64,000 bases of DNA from Deltaproteobacteria bacterium RIFCSPHIGHO2_02_FULL_40_28 (GTDB taxonomy: Bacteria; UBA10199; 2-12-FULL-40-28). Position numbers and translations under genes: made by a program. The notes under the pieces are model-generated. The model ran no database searches and had not been told where the DNA came from. It saw only the letters and a list, made by a program, of their open reading frames with translations. The DNA is taken from NCBI GenBank assembly GCA_001798135.1, contig MGRJ01000030.1:321-64320 (forward strand), read 5' to 3'. The stretch's first letter is position 1. Each line of letters starts with the position of its first letter. Of the stretch, positions 9,481 to 19,487 are shown in pieces.

Positions 9481-11220
9481 TTAAATACTCACTGATTTAA
9501 TATGTTTTTTATAAACGAAAAAATCATAACCAACACGGGTTACCACAATAGCCGTGTACATGGTTGTTACAATCCCAATAATCAAGGTTGTGGCAAATCC
9601 CTTGATGGGGCCTGTTCCAAACTGAAACAAAACAATTCCAGAAATAAGGGTTGTAAGATTAGAATCTACAATCGCCGACATGGCATGAGCATAACCACTT
9701 TCTACAATTGATTTGGCCGCCTTGCCCAATCTTTTTTCTTCACGCATTCTTTCAAAAATAATAATGTTGGCATCCACAGCCATTCCCATAGTGAGAACAA
9801 TTCCTGCAATACCAGGCAGCGTTAGGGAAGCTCTAAAAAAACTTAAAATGGCAAAAATAAAAATAATATTAAAAAGCAAAGCCACATTGGCTAAAATGCC
9901 ACTCCATCGATAATAAAAAATCATAAAAACAGCGATGACTAAGCTTGCAATGAGAAGAGAGTGTAACCCTTGGCGAATTGAATCACGACCTAGCGAAGGG
10001 CCAATCACTGTTTTTGTTGCAATGGTGAGGGAGGCAGGAAGCGCCCCTTCGCGCAGAAGAAGAGTTAAATCTTCAGCTTCTTTTAAAAGGCTTTGATAAC
10101 TTCCATAACCCAAGGTAATTTGAGCTTCCCCATTTAAAATGGGGCTTTGAATCACAGGAGCTGTTGAAATATTTCCATCCAAAACAATGGCCATTCTTTT
10201 ACCCACATTGGCTTTAGTAACCTGACCAAAATTATTAGCTCCAATTTTATTAAAAGAAAGACTCACGTAAGGTTCGTTATCAGCAACACCCACTTGGGAA
10301 TTACGCAACATATCTCCTGTTACCTCTGCACGTTTTTTAACCAAGAGGGGAGTGGCATTTACTACCTGTTTACTGATAGGATCGCGCTCTAATTCAAAAA
10401 GCACTTCGGCATCCTTGGGAATGCGATCTGCTAAAGCCTGATTGATCTTTTCAACCATTTCTTTGGCATACCCTTCACCAATTTTTTGAGCTTCCCTTGT
10501 CTCACTTACTATTTTTATCAAATCAGCTCGCTCAATTGAATCATCAACCATTTTAAATTCAAGCAATCCTGTACGACGAATAATATCAATCACTCGATCT
10601 GGATCATCAATACCAGGTAGCTCCACCACCAAACGATTATCACCTTGTCTTTGAATAGCAGCTTCAGCAACACCATAACGATCAATGCGGTTTCTTACAG
10701 CTTCTTCGGCTTGTTTAACCGTCATTTCACGAACATGACGAGCATATTCATGTGTTATTTTTAAAAAAATAACTTTTTGATCACCAATCACTTGAGAAGG
10801 TCTGTTTTCGGGTGTGTCTAAAACATCGTCAAAATAATCTGTGATGATATTTTCAAATTCACTCTCTTTTGTTAAAGGCAAAAACACTTTAGCAACATCC
10901 ACGATATCTGGAGTTTCAACGATTGCTTCAATGCCCTTTTCCTTGAACTGGTTTTCAAGCTCCATCAATAAAAGATCGAAACGATTTTTGAGAGCCTCAT
11001 GTAAATCAACATCCATTTCCAAATACAATCCACCTCTTAAATCCAAACCCAAATTGATAGGTGCAGAAACAAAAAGACGGCTAAACCACTCTGCTTGGGT
11101 AGAAGCAACCGTACCTTTAATTCTTTTTTGAAAATCAAAAATAGAAGGAATGAGAATATAAATAGAAAAAAAAGTAAGAGAAAGAATGATAAAAAATTTG
11201 ATTTTCCACTGGCTGCTCAT
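9481..11220 (-). CDS. secD: Protein translocase subunit SecD
   Basis: LGLDLRGG, RNRIDRYGVAE, IGPSLG, GMAVDANIIIFERMREE. Confidence 0.97.
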   Translation of the reverse strand: MSSQWKIKFFIILSLTFFSIYILIPSIFDFQKRIKGTVASTQAEWFSRLFVSAPINLGLDLRGGLYLEMDVDLHEALKNRFDLLLMELENQFKEKGIEAIVETPDIVDVAKVFLPLTKESEFENIITDYFDDVLDTPENRPSQVIGDQKVIFLKITHEYARHVREMTVKQAEEAVRNRIDRYGVAEAAIQRQGDNRLVVELPGIDDPDRVIDIIRRTGLLEFKMVDDSIERADLIKIVSETREAQKIGEGYAKEMVEKINQALADRIPKDAEVLFELERDPISKQVVNATPLLVKKRAEVTGDMLRNSQVGVADNEPYVSLSFNKIGANNFGQVTKANVGKRMAIVLDGNISTAPVIQSPILNGEAQITLGYGSYQSLLKEAEDLTLLLREGALPASLTIATKTVIGPSLGRDSIRQGLHSLLIASLVIAVFMIFYYRWSGILANVALLFNIIFIFAILSFFRASLTLPGIAGIVLTMGMAVDANIIIFERMREEKRLGKAAKSIVESGYAHAMSAIVDSNLTTLISGIVLFQFGTGPIKGFATTLIIGIVTTMYTAIVVTRVGYDFFVYKKHIKSVSI

Positions 11221-11223
11221 ATT

Positions 11224-11538
11224 TTAGGAAGTTTTGACCACACTCACTTGAGCCCGCTCCATTTTAACGATCACATTGGTTGCAATTTGCAAGGAAACCA
11301 CATCGTCAGCTAGATCAACTACCTTGCCATGAATACCACCAGCTGTAACAACATCATCCCCTCTTTTAAGCCCCGCAAGCATCAGTTTTTTTTGTTTTTG
11401 TTGTTTTTGTTGAGGACGAAAAATGAGAATATAAAAAATAACAAAAACAATAATGAATGGAAAAAAAGTACTAAATAAACTGGAGGCTGGAGGCTTACTG
11501 GCTACAGCTTCTTGGGCATAAACACTTGATACTAACAT
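11224..11538 (-). CDS. yajC: Preprotein translocase subunit YajC
   Basis: FYILIFRPQQKQ, LKRGDDVVTAGGIHG; tgt-yajC-secDF synteny. Confidence 0.95.
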   Translation of the reverse strand: MLVSSVYAQEAVASKPPASSLFSTFFPFIIVFVIFYILIFRPQQKQQKQKKLMLAGLKRGDDVVTAGGIHGKVVDLADDVVSLQIATNVIVKMERAQVSVVKTS

Positions 11539-12734
11539 GGAGTCTCCTCTTCTTTTTGAAGTTCAAAAAAATGTTTCTTAAAATCCAAAAACTGATTTTC
11601 TTGGATGGACAACCGAATCTCACCTAACAAATTCAGATAGTAATGTAAATTATGAATTGTAGAAAGAATTGAAGACAAAATTTCCTTGGCCATGTGCAGA
11701 TGTCTTAAGTAAGCCCGTGAGAAATTACAACACGTGTAACAAGTGCACCCTTCTTCAACGGGGCGTGGATCTTCAGCATATTGAACCTGCTTGATTTGAA
11801 TTGGCCCACGTTTGGTAAAAAGCATCCCATTCCTGGCATTCCGTGTAGGAATTACACAATCAAACATATCCATGCCTAAATCGATACAAGTTACTAAATC
11901 GGCAGGCATTCCTACTCCCATCAAATAACGCGGGCGATCTATAGGGAGAAGATTTGCTGTGAAAGAAGCCATTTCGTACATTTTTTCAATTGGCTCGCCA
12001 ACAGATAAACCACCAAGTGCAATCCCACCAAAGAATTTTTCTTTTTCCATAGCTAAAATTTCTTCAACTGATTTTTTTCTGAGATCCTCAAAAAATCCTC
12101 CCTGTACAATGGCAAAAAGAGACTGATCTTCTCTTTTTTTACACGCAAGCGAACGCCTTTCCCAATCTAAGGTACGGTTTAAAGAGATAAAAGTTTGATC
12201 ATGTGTGGTGGGATAGGCTGTGCAATCATCAAACGCCATAATGATATCAGCTCCCAGAGCTTCTTGAATCTCGATGGATTTTTCGGGGGAGAGAAAATGT
12301 GTGCTTCCATCGATATGAGATTGAAAGGTAACTCCCTCATCTGAAATTTTTGCTAATTTTGTTTTTCGAAATAATCCCCTCTCCTTGGGGTGAGGGGTCT
12401 CTTTTGGTATTTGTCTGTCTTCCCGTCCTAAACTAAAAACCTGGTATCCTCCACTATCGGTAAGCATGGGGCCATCCCAACCAACAAAACGATGAAGCCC
12501 TCCTAATTTTTTGATGAGTTCATGCCCTGGGCGAAGATACAAATGATAAGTATTCCCTAAAATAATTTGTGCTCCCAGTTCCTTTAAATCTCTAGGTGTT
12601 GTAGCCTTTACTGTGCCTACAGTTCCCACAGGCATAAAAACGGGGGTTTGAATAATGCCATGGGGCGTCTGAATTTCCCCCAAACGCGCGCTGGTATCCT
12701 TGGATTTTTTTAAAACACGAAAGGAAAAAGACAT
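11532..12734 (-). CDS. tgt: tRNA-guanine transglycosylase
   Basis: TPVFMPVGT, LGNTYHLYLRPG, LTDSGGYQVFSL, DMFDCVIPTRNARNG, CTCYTC. Confidence 0.98.
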   Translation of the reverse strand: MSFSFRVLKKSKDTSARLGEIQTPHGIIQTPVFMPVGTVGTVKATTPRDLKELGAQIILGNTYHLYLRPGHELIKKLGGLHRFVGWDGPMLTDSGGYQVFSLGREDRQIPKETPHPKERGLFRKTKLAKISDEGVTFQSHIDGSTHFLSPEKSIEIQEALGADIIMAFDDCTAYPTTHDQTFISLNRTLDWERRSLACKKREDQSLFAIVQGGFFEDLRKKSVEEILAMEKEKFFGGIALGGLSVGEPIEKMYEMASFTANLLPIDRPRYLMGVGMPADLVTCIDLGMDMFDCVIPTRNARNGMLFTKRGPIQIKQVQYAEDPRPVEEGCTCYTCCNFSRAYLRHLHMAKEILSSILSTIHNLHYYLNLLGEIRLSIQENQFLDFKKHFFELQKEEETPC

Positions 12735-12842
12735 GGATGCGTCTTAATGGATGAAAACTTTAAAAACCAGTGTTTTCCACACCATACCCTTGACTTTCAT
12801 TCCTTTTTTGTTTATTATAAGAAACAAATTTATTAAAATACT

Positions 12843-13343
12843 ATGTATTTACAAAATGTTAAAAATATATGTGAAATAAGAGGGTTAAACTATGCTGACC
12901 TATCACGTTTGGCAAATGTCTCTAGGGCTACAGTTACAAAATGGTTTAATCAAGGGGGCAAAAAAGATTGGGTCAATATTGAAACAGCTTCTATTATTCA
13001 CTTAGCCAACGCCCTCAACATACCAGCTTATTTTTTTCTTCAAAATCGTTCCCTTTTGTCTCACTATCAAACTGCTTTTTTATGGGATTCCCTTTATCCC
13101 AACATGGAAGCTTTTGTTAAAGCAGCCCGTGAATTTAGATTTCCTGCTATAGCCCGCCTTGTACAGGTGTGTGGCTTTCATGAATCACAAACTCTTTTGG
13201 GTAAAAAAATTATTTTGGAATTTGATCGTTATAAAAAATTAATTAAACCCGCGCGTCGAAAACAATTGGAGATTTTATGGCCACTTTACGCATCCCAGAT
13301 ACACCTCCCTTCCCATACCTCTCGAAAAAAAGTACACCATTAA
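12843..13343 (+). CDS. HTH protein, putative type IV antitoxin partner
   Basis: N-terminal XRE HTH (LNYADLSRLANVSRATVTKW); directly upstream of an AbiEii-like gene. Confidence 0.6.
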   Translation: MYLQNVKNICEIRGLNYADLSRLANVSRATVTKWFNQGGKKDWVNIETASIIHLANALNIPAYFFLQNRSLLSHYQTAFLWDSLYPNMEAFVKAAREFRFPAIARLVQVCGFHESQTLLGKKIILEFDRYKKLIKPARRKQLEILWPLYASQIHLPSHTSRKKVHH

Positions 13344-14059
13344 CCCTCGACAAAACACTTATCCATATTTTTTCACAAGTGGATAAAAAAGTGTGGCTTG
13401 TAGGAGGAACAGCTTTAGCTGGTTTTTATGCGGAACACCGCAAATCAGATGATTTAGATTTATTTGTTGGAGATTTAATCTCTTACCAAACAACCCTTCG
13501 TGCTGTTCAATCCCTGAAATCAAAAGGAGCCATTTTTTCTAGTGAATCTAGCTCTTCCAATTATTATCATTCCCTTGTTCAATTTTTAAACCATCAATTT
13601 ACCATCGATATTGTTTTGGATGAACAATTGCATCGTATAGGCCTAGGTGTGAAAACAAAAGACTCAATTTGGGTTGCTGATATTAATACCTTGCTTGCAA
13701 CAAAAATTGGAACTTTAGTAAGCCGCTGCTCTGAAAAAGATTTGTTTGATCTCGATTGGCTTTTAACTCGTGTTCCTGAATACAAAATAAAAGATTTGAT
13801 TGAAACAGGTGCCCAAATTGATGCCGGCCTTAACGCTGAAACCTTACTCATCAGCCTTCAGGGTGCCACTCTCCGAAAAGAAGCATGTCATTTTCTGCTT
13901 GCTGAATCAAAAATAACAATCGATCAAGCTTATAAAAAAATTGAAACTCTTCGTAAGACTTTAATTCAAAAACTACTTGATCATGAAAAAAAATCCCTCT
14001 TGTCCGAAAAATCTTTAGCCATTAAACAAACCTTAAGTGATTTTAAAAAGATAAAGTAA
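13277..14059 (+). CDS. AbiEii/AbiGii-family nucleotidyltransferase toxin
   Basis: LVGGTALAGFYAEHRKSDDLDLF, TKIGTLVSR..KDLFDL; start uncertain. Confidence 0.8.
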   Translation: MATLRIPDTPPFPYLSKKSTPLTLDKTLIHIFSQVDKKVWLVGGTALAGFYAEHRKSDDLDLFVGDLISYQTTLRAVQSLKSKGAIFSSESSSSNYYHSLVQFLNHQFTIDIVLDEQLHRIGLGVKTKDSIWVADINTLLATKIGTLVSRCSEKDLFDLDWLLTRVPEYKIKDLIETGAQIDAGLNAETLLISLQGATLRKEACHFLLAESKITIDQAYKKIETLRKTLIQKLLDHEKKSLLSEKSLAIKQTLSDFKKIK

Positions 14060-14063
14060 AAAA

Positions 14064-14087
14064 TTAAATGAGAAATTCAGCTTTTCT
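14064..14087 (-). repeat. Displaced copy of the alaS 3' end (att-like)
   Basis: Encodes RKAEFLI* versus alaS KKAESLI* (15497..15520); 19/24 nt identical. Confidence 0.65.
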
Positions 14088-14135
14088 TGTTGTTGTGAAT
14101 TGCTAATTCCGTTTAAAGCACTTCCTGTGGGATTT

Positions 14136-14438
14136 TTATATGACCATGGAAAATTGATGTACCCTTTTCCAGTTTTTTGAAGTGGTTGATGCTCCCCACA
14201 AATCATAATGTTGCTGTAAATTCAACCAGAGTTCAGGCGTGGTATTAAAAGCCTTAGCCAGACGGAGAGCCAGTTCAGGAGAAACCCCACATCTTTCGTT
14301 CACTAACATGGAAAGTGTTTTTCTGGATACCCCAAGAACCTGGGCTACTTTAGATACAGTTAGCTCAAGGGGTTCCAAATAATGTCTTTTTAAAATACCA
14401 CCAGGATGGGTGGGAGCACGTTTACGTTCTTTTTTCAT
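14136..14438 (-). CDS. higA: HigA antitoxin
   Basis: PTHPGGILKRHYLEPLELTVSKVAQVLGVSRKTLS..SPELALRLAKAFNTTPELWLNLQ; start MKKER follows AAGGAG. Confidence 0.9.
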   Translation of the reverse strand: MKKERKRAPTHPGGILKRHYLEPLELTVSKVAQVLGVSRKTLSMLVNERCGVSPELALRLAKAFNTTPELWLNLQQHYDLWGASTTSKNWKRVHQFSMVI

Positions 14439-14454
14439 AACCAAACTCCTTAAT

Positions 14455-14585
14455 GGGCTTGTTGAAAAATGTAGTTTTCCACTAATTCTGTCATTCCCGC
14501 GGAGGCGGGAATCCAGTCTTTTCAATAAGTTCTGGATCCCTGCCTTCGCAGGGATGACAGAGGAATGACATTCTTCAACAGACCC
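14455..14585. mobile_element. 131-bp MITE, copy 1 (TIRs, internal REP doublet, TTAAT TSD)
   Basis: Ends GGGCTTGTTGAAAAATGT / ACATTCTTCAACAGACCC; TTAAT on both sides; exact reverse complement of 57971..58101. Confidence 0.9.
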
Positions 14586-14864
14586 TTAATGATAATCGAC
14601 ATAGTCCACTTGATAGGCATTTCCATTTTCAAATTCAAAAATCACCCTCCAATTCCCAGTGACTCTTACTGACCAAAAACCTTTTAATTGCCCTTTCAAT
14701 TCATGCAAGTGAGACCCAGGATAATTCAGGTCTTTAATGGTTACTGCAGCATGAAGGCTATCCAGGATATCCCCTAATTTTTGGGCATCTTTAGGTTGAA
14801 TGCCCTTTTTGGTTCCCTCATAGAAAAAACCTTCCAACCCCTTGTGAGCAAAGCTTTCAATCAC
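14586..14864 (-). CDS. higB: HigB toxin (plasmid-maintenance killer type)
   Basis: MIESFAHKGLEGFF..LHELKGQLKGFWSVRVTGNWRVIFEF..VDYVDYH; GTG start. Confidence 0.92.
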   Translation of the reverse strand: MIESFAHKGLEGFFYEGTKKGIQPKDAQKLGDILDSLHAAVTIKDLNYPGSHLHELKGQLKGFWSVRVTGNWRVIFEFENGNAYQVDYVDYH

Positions 14865-14868
14865 GTTT

Positions 14869-14893
14869 AAGTGTAACTGATATAGTTACACTT
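14869..14893. promoter_or_regulatory. higBA operator/promoter
   Basis: AAGTGTAACT-N5-AGTTACACTT inverted repeat; minus-strand TTGTAA-17-TACACT-5 nt-GTG. Confidence 0.7.
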
Positions 14894-14935
14894 TACAAGT
14901 GTTTTCCTTAGAAAACAGAAAAGAAAACAAACCCG

Positions 14936-15172
14936 TCACTTGTCAATAACAGTAATGATGAGTTTTGAGTGAGAAATTTGATAGATAATGCGATAAGTGC
15001 CAACCCGGTATTTATACAAACCCTTAAGCTCTCCATGAAGCGGAACACCGCACTGGGGTTCTTCGGATAATAAATCAATCACCTTTGAAATTCGAAGCCC
15101 CATTTGAGGCTGGGATTTCATGACAAGATTAAAAAAATTTTCCGCTTGTTTGGTAAGTACAACTTTGTACAT
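14936..15172 (-). CDS. relE: RelE/ParE toxin, probably C-terminally truncated
   Basis: LHGELKGLYKYRVGTYRIIY; ends at VIDK* without the usual GHR..Y tail. Confidence 0.75.
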   Translation of the reverse strand: MYKVVLTKQAENFFNLVMKSQPQMGLRISKVIDLLSEEPQCGVPLHGELKGLYKYRVGTYRIIYQISHSKLIITVIDK

Positions 15173-15179
15173 GAAAAAA

Positions 15180-15449
15180 CTAGAGTTTGTGTTTGGTTTT
15201 AATCCTAGTCCAACTGATTGTGTTACCTTTTTTTGCTTCTTTTAATCCCAAACGAATTTTCTTTAGATTTTCTTTGTCAGATATTTCATTTAAAGTTTCA
15301 ATCATACTTTCATAATCATCGATGGAAAGTAAAATAGCAATAGGATCCCCTCTTTTGGAAATCACAAAACGATCTAAACGTTCATCAACGCTATTTATAA
15401 CCTTGGGTAGCTTAGGTCTTAATTGTTTGAGTGTAATATGTTGGTACAT
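15180..15449 (-). CDS. Phd/YefM-family antitoxin
   Basis: ITLKQLRPKLPKVI..FVISKRGDPIAILLSIDDYESMIETL. Confidence 0.88.
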   Translation of the reverse strand: MYQHITLKQLRPKLPKVINSVDERLDRFVISKRGDPIAILLSIDDYESMIETLNEISDKENLKKIRLGLKEAKKGNTISWTRIKTKHKL

Positions 15450-15496
15450 AGTATACACTAAAGGATACACTTAAAAAATGATTTGTCAATACGGCT

Positions 15497-18124
15497 TTAA
15501 ATAAGCGATTCGGCTTTTTTAAGGGCTTCGGAAAGCTTAGAAACATCAGGGCCACCAGCTTGGGCCATATCGGGACGGCCGCCACCTTTTCCTCCCACGA
15601 TGGGGGCAATTTCAGAAATTATTTTTCCTGCATTGTATTTTGCAGTCAAATCAGCACTTACAGTAACAATCAATAAAACTTTATCCGCTCCTTTGGCGGC
15701 AATAACTGCAATTCCACTCCCTAAGCGGGATTTGACTTGATCAGAAAATTCGCGCAGGGCTTTTGGATCATCCATCTCAATTTCAATGGAAAGAAAACGC
15801 ACTCCTTTAATTTCTTTTACATTTTGTAAATAATCGCTTCCCCCTCCCCCACCACTTGCTACCTTTGATTTTAAACGCGTTATTTCTTGTTCCAATTCTC
15901 GAATGCGCTCACTTGTTTTTTTAATTTTAAGGGAAAGCTCCTCGGGAGATGATTTTAACAAAGAAGCTAGTTCACCCAACAGGGCTTCCATCTCTTGAAA
16001 AAGAGCAATGGCTTTCATTCCGGTAACTGCCTCAATACGTCGCACCCCAGAAGCTACAGAAGATTCACTTGTAATTTTAAAAATCCCAATTTCACCTGAG
16101 GCATCAAGATGCGTACCTCCACACAATTCCATGCTGTAAGGTCCAATGGTTACCACCCTCACCCGATCCCCATATTTATCACCAAAAAAAGCAGTGGCTC
16201 CTTTTTTCTTAGCTTCATCAAAACTGTGTTCTTCTTTGGTTACAACATAGTTTGCTTGAATTACCTCATTTACACGCCTTTCAATCTTTTGAATTTCTTC
16301 CCGCGTTAAAGCTGCAAAATGAGAAAAATCAAAACGAAGACGTTCGGGCGTAACAAGTGATCCTGCCTGCTTTACATGATCTCCTAAAAGTTCCCGCAAG
16401 GCTGCATGCAAAATGTGAGTGGCTGTGTGGTTTAACATGGTGGAACGACGACAAACTAAATTAACCTGTAAATGAATTTTATCTCCTACCTTTATCAAAC
16501 CTGAAATCACTTTTCCTTGATGAACAATTAATCCATCCACTGGTTTTTGAGTGTCATCAATTTCTAACTTGGCTTTACCTGATGTAATAACTCCCTTATC
16601 CCCCACTTGTCCGCCAGATTCTCCATAAAAAGGAGAATCGTTGGAAATCACTTCCACTTCAACACCGTTTTCTGCTTGCTCTACAGGGTTTCCTTCTTTG
16701 ATCAAAGCCACAATTGTAGAGTTGGCCTCTAAACCTTCATACCCCACGAAGTGGGTTTTACCTTTTTCTTGAACTAATTGTTGATAAATGGCTCCCACTT
16801 TTTCTTGTCCACTGCCCTTCCAGGCAGCACGCGCACGTTTCTTTTGATCTTCCATGGCTGAATCAAAACGAGTTTTATCTACACTCATTCCTTTTTCAGC
16901 TAAAATAATTTCAGTGAGATCGAGTGGAAAACCAAAGGTATCGTACAATTTAAAGGCGGTGGCCCCATCAAAAATTTTTCCTTTTTGATGTGAGGTTTCT
17001 TCCTCAATCATTTTCAAACCTTTTTCCAAAGTTTCAAGAAAATTTTCTTCTTCTATTTTAGCTGCCTTTAAAATGAACTCTTGATTTTTTTCTAAATCTG
17101 GATAGGCGGCTCTCATTTCTGCCACAAGGGTTTTAACTCCTTCATAAAAGAAGGGTTCATTCATTTTAAGCAAACGTCCATGGCGAATAGCTCGGCGCAT
17201 GATGCGCCTTAAAACATAACCACGTCCTTCGTTAGAAGGAAGAACTCCATCTCCAATTAAAAAAGTCATGGCTCTTAAATGGTCGGCTAGTACCCGAAGT
17301 GAAACATCCTGCTCTGGATTTTTTCCGTAAGCAACACCGGTTCTTTTTGAAAAAAAATGAATGAGTGGAAAAAATAAATCGGTTTCGTAATTGGAATTTT
17401 TTTTCTGTAAAACAGCGGCGAGACGTTCTAAGCCCATACCAGTATCTATCGATGGTTTTGGAAGTGGTGTTTGCGCACCTTTTACAGTGCGCTCAAATTG
17501 CATGAACACCAAGTTCCAAATTTCCATAAAATCGTCGGGATGGGTGGCAGGATTTCCTGGGGAAGGTTTGCTTTTTAAGGTAGCACCCAAATCAATATGA
17601 ATTTCGGAGCATGGGCCGCAAGGGCCTACCTCTCCCATGGACCAAAAATTATCGGCTTCATCTAAACGGATCATTCTTTTTTGAGGGAAGTTCACTTCCT
17701 TTTGCCAGAGCTTTTCAGCCTCAAAATCTTCTCGAAACACCGTTACCCAAAGCACATCTGCGGGAATTTTCACTGTTTCTGTTAAAAATTCCCAAGCATA
17801 AACAATGGCTTCTTTTTTAAAATAATCTCCAAACGAAAAATTTCCCAACATTTCAAAAAAGGTATGATGACGAGGTGTACGGCCTACATTTTCTAAATCG
17901 TTGTGCTTACCAGAAACACGCATACACTTCTGAGAACTAACAGCTCTCGTATAATCGTGTTTTTCTTCCCCGGTAAAAAGATTTTTAAACGGAACCATCC
18001 CTGCATTTACAAAAAACAAGGTAGGATCGTTAAAAGGAACAAGTGAGCTACTTGAAACAAGATGATGTTTTTTGGACTCAAAATATTTAAGGAACTTTTG
18101 GCGGATTTCGTTTCCTGTCAGCAT
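15497..18124 (-). CDS. alaS: Alanine--tRNA ligase
   Basis: LFFVNAGM, RHHTFFEMLGNFSFGDYFK, DTGMGLER, HTATH, ELCGGTH, GGGRPDMAQAGG. Confidence 0.99.
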   Translation of the reverse strand: MLTGNEIRQKFLKYFESKKHHLVSSSSLVPFNDPTLFFVNAGMVPFKNLFTGEEKHDYTRAVSSQKCMRVSGKHNDLENVGRTPRHHTFFEMLGNFSFGDYFKKEAIVYAWEFLTETVKIPADVLWVTVFREDFEAEKLWQKEVNFPQKRMIRLDEADNFWSMGEVGPCGPCSEIHIDLGATLKSKPSPGNPATHPDDFMEIWNLVFMQFERTVKGAQTPLPKPSIDTGMGLERLAAVLQKKNSNYETDLFFPLIHFFSKRTGVAYGKNPEQDVSLRVLADHLRAMTFLIGDGVLPSNEGRGYVLRRIMRRAIRHGRLLKMNEPFFYEGVKTLVAEMRAAYPDLEKNQEFILKAAKIEEENFLETLEKGLKMIEEETSHQKGKIFDGATAFKLYDTFGFPLDLTEIILAEKGMSVDKTRFDSAMEDQKKRARAAWKGSGQEKVGAIYQQLVQEKGKTHFVGYEGLEANSTIVALIKEGNPVEQAENGVEVEVISNDSPFYGESGGQVGDKGVITSGKAKLEIDDTQKPVDGLIVHQGKVISGLIKVGDKIHLQVNLVCRRSTMLNHTATHILHAALRELLGDHVKQAGSLVTPERLRFDFSHFAALTREEIQKIERRVNEVIQANYVVTKEEHSFDEAKKKGATAFFGDKYGDRVRVVTIGPYSMELCGGTHLDASGEIGIFKITSESSVASGVRRIEAVTGMKAIALFQEMEALLGELASLLKSSPEELSLKIKKTSERIRELEQEITRLKSKVASGGGGGSDYLQNVKEIKGVRFLSIEIEMDDPKALREFSDQVKSRLGSGIAVIAAKGADKVLLIVTVSADLTAKYNAGKIISEIAPIVGGKGGGRPDMAQAGGPDVSKLSEALKKAESLI

Positions 18125-18173
18125 GAGGCCAGCGATTAACTTATTTTGAACAAGGCTTCAATGAATAAAAAAC

Positions 18174-19244
18174 TTATGCTTTTGCTTTTTTGGCCTTTGC
18201 CTGCAGATCAGTTACTGAGGCCACCTCTGCTGGAATAAGTCCAAACTTTTTCTTAAGTTCAATTTCAATGCGCTGGGAAATATCTTGATGGTCTACAAGA
18301 AACTGCTTGGCCTGGTCTGTTCCCTGGCCAATTTTTTCTTCTCCATAGGCATACCAAGAACCACTTTTTTCTATGATATTATGCCCCGTGGCTAATTCTA
18401 ACAGATCTCCCATCTTGGAAATACCCTCGCCATAAATCATATCGAACTCAACCTCCCTAAAAGGAGGAGCCATTTTATTTTTAACAACCTTCACCCGTGT
18501 TCTATTTCCGATTACATCATCCCCTTTTTTAAGGGCCCCAATGCGGCGAATATCTAAACGAACAGTGGCATAAAACTTTAAGGCATTACCTCCAGTAGTG
18601 GTTTCAGGATTTCCAAACATCACACCAATTTTCATACGAATTTGGTTGATAAAAATAAGAAGGGTTTTAGAACGTGAAACAGTACCTGTGAGTTTTCGAA
18701 GCGCTTGGCTCATCAGCCTTGCTTGGGCTCCCATTTGTGCATCTCCCATATCACCTTCTATTTCTGACCTGGGAACAAGAGCTGCAACAGAATCTATTAC
18801 AATCACATCAACTGCATTAGAGCGCACCAATGTTTCGGCAATTTCTAAAGCTTGTTCTCCATTGTCGGGTTGAGAAATAAGAAGATCTTCAGTTTTTACT
18901 CCCAATTTACGAGCATAGTTTACATCGAGGGCATGCTCGGCATCGATAAAGGCACAAATGCCACCTTTTTTTTGCGCTTCGGCCACCACATGAAGAGTTA
19001 AAGTTGTTTTACCAGAAGATTCTGGCCCATAAATTTCTGCAATTCTTCCTCTGGGCAGTCCACCAATACCTAGAGCTAGATCAAGAGCAAGAGATCCTGT
19101 AGAAATGGTATCAACTAATCCAGCTAATAAATTTTCTTTTTCTCCAAGACGCATAATAGAGCCTTTACCAAATTGTTTTTCGATTGTGCCTACTGCTAAT
19201 GCAATGGCCTTGTTTTTATCTGATGTGGGTTGAATAGAATCCAT
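18174..19244 (-). CDS. recA: Recombinase RecA
   Basis: [39 protein letters not shown]. Confidence 0.99.
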   Translation of the reverse strand: MDSIQPTSDKNKAIALAVGTIEKQFGKGSIMRLGEKENLLAGLVDTISTGSLALDLALGIGGLPRGRIAEIYGPESSGKTTLTLHVVAEAQKKGGICAFIDAEHALDVNYARKLGVKTEDLLISQPDNGEQALEIAETLVRSNAVDVIVIDSVAALVPRSEIEGDMGDAQMGAQARLMSQALRKLTGTVSRSKTLLIFINQIRMKIGVMFGNPETTTGGNALKFYATVRLDIRRIGALKKGDDVIGNRTRVKVVKNKMAPPFREVEFDMIYGEGISKMGDLLELATGHNIIEKSGSWYAYGEEKIGQGTDQAKQFLVDHQDISQRIEIELKKKFGLIPAEVASVTDLQAKAKKAKA

Positions 19245-19487
19245 GATACCTCCGGTTTAATTGTTCCTGTTACTTTTGTTCACTCCCCGTTCACTTGGCA
19301 AGAAAAAAACACTTGAGATCAAAAACTAAGACAAAAATGCTCTGCCAAAAAGGACACAGTCTGGGTTAAAAATACCCCATTTATCACCTCAAGATAATAT
19401 TAAGTATTTAAAATTATTAGATTTTTTAATGTCAAAAACTTGGTATTCTTATTGCTTTAACTGATAGGGAAATCAAAAGGAGGGGGT

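Noticed and set aside
14439-14525. Extended N-terminus of HigA in the ORF track
   Set aside because: Derived from the MITE (same KRLDSRLRGNDRISGKLHFSTSP text as ORF 57914..58105); the real start follows the AAGGAG RBS.
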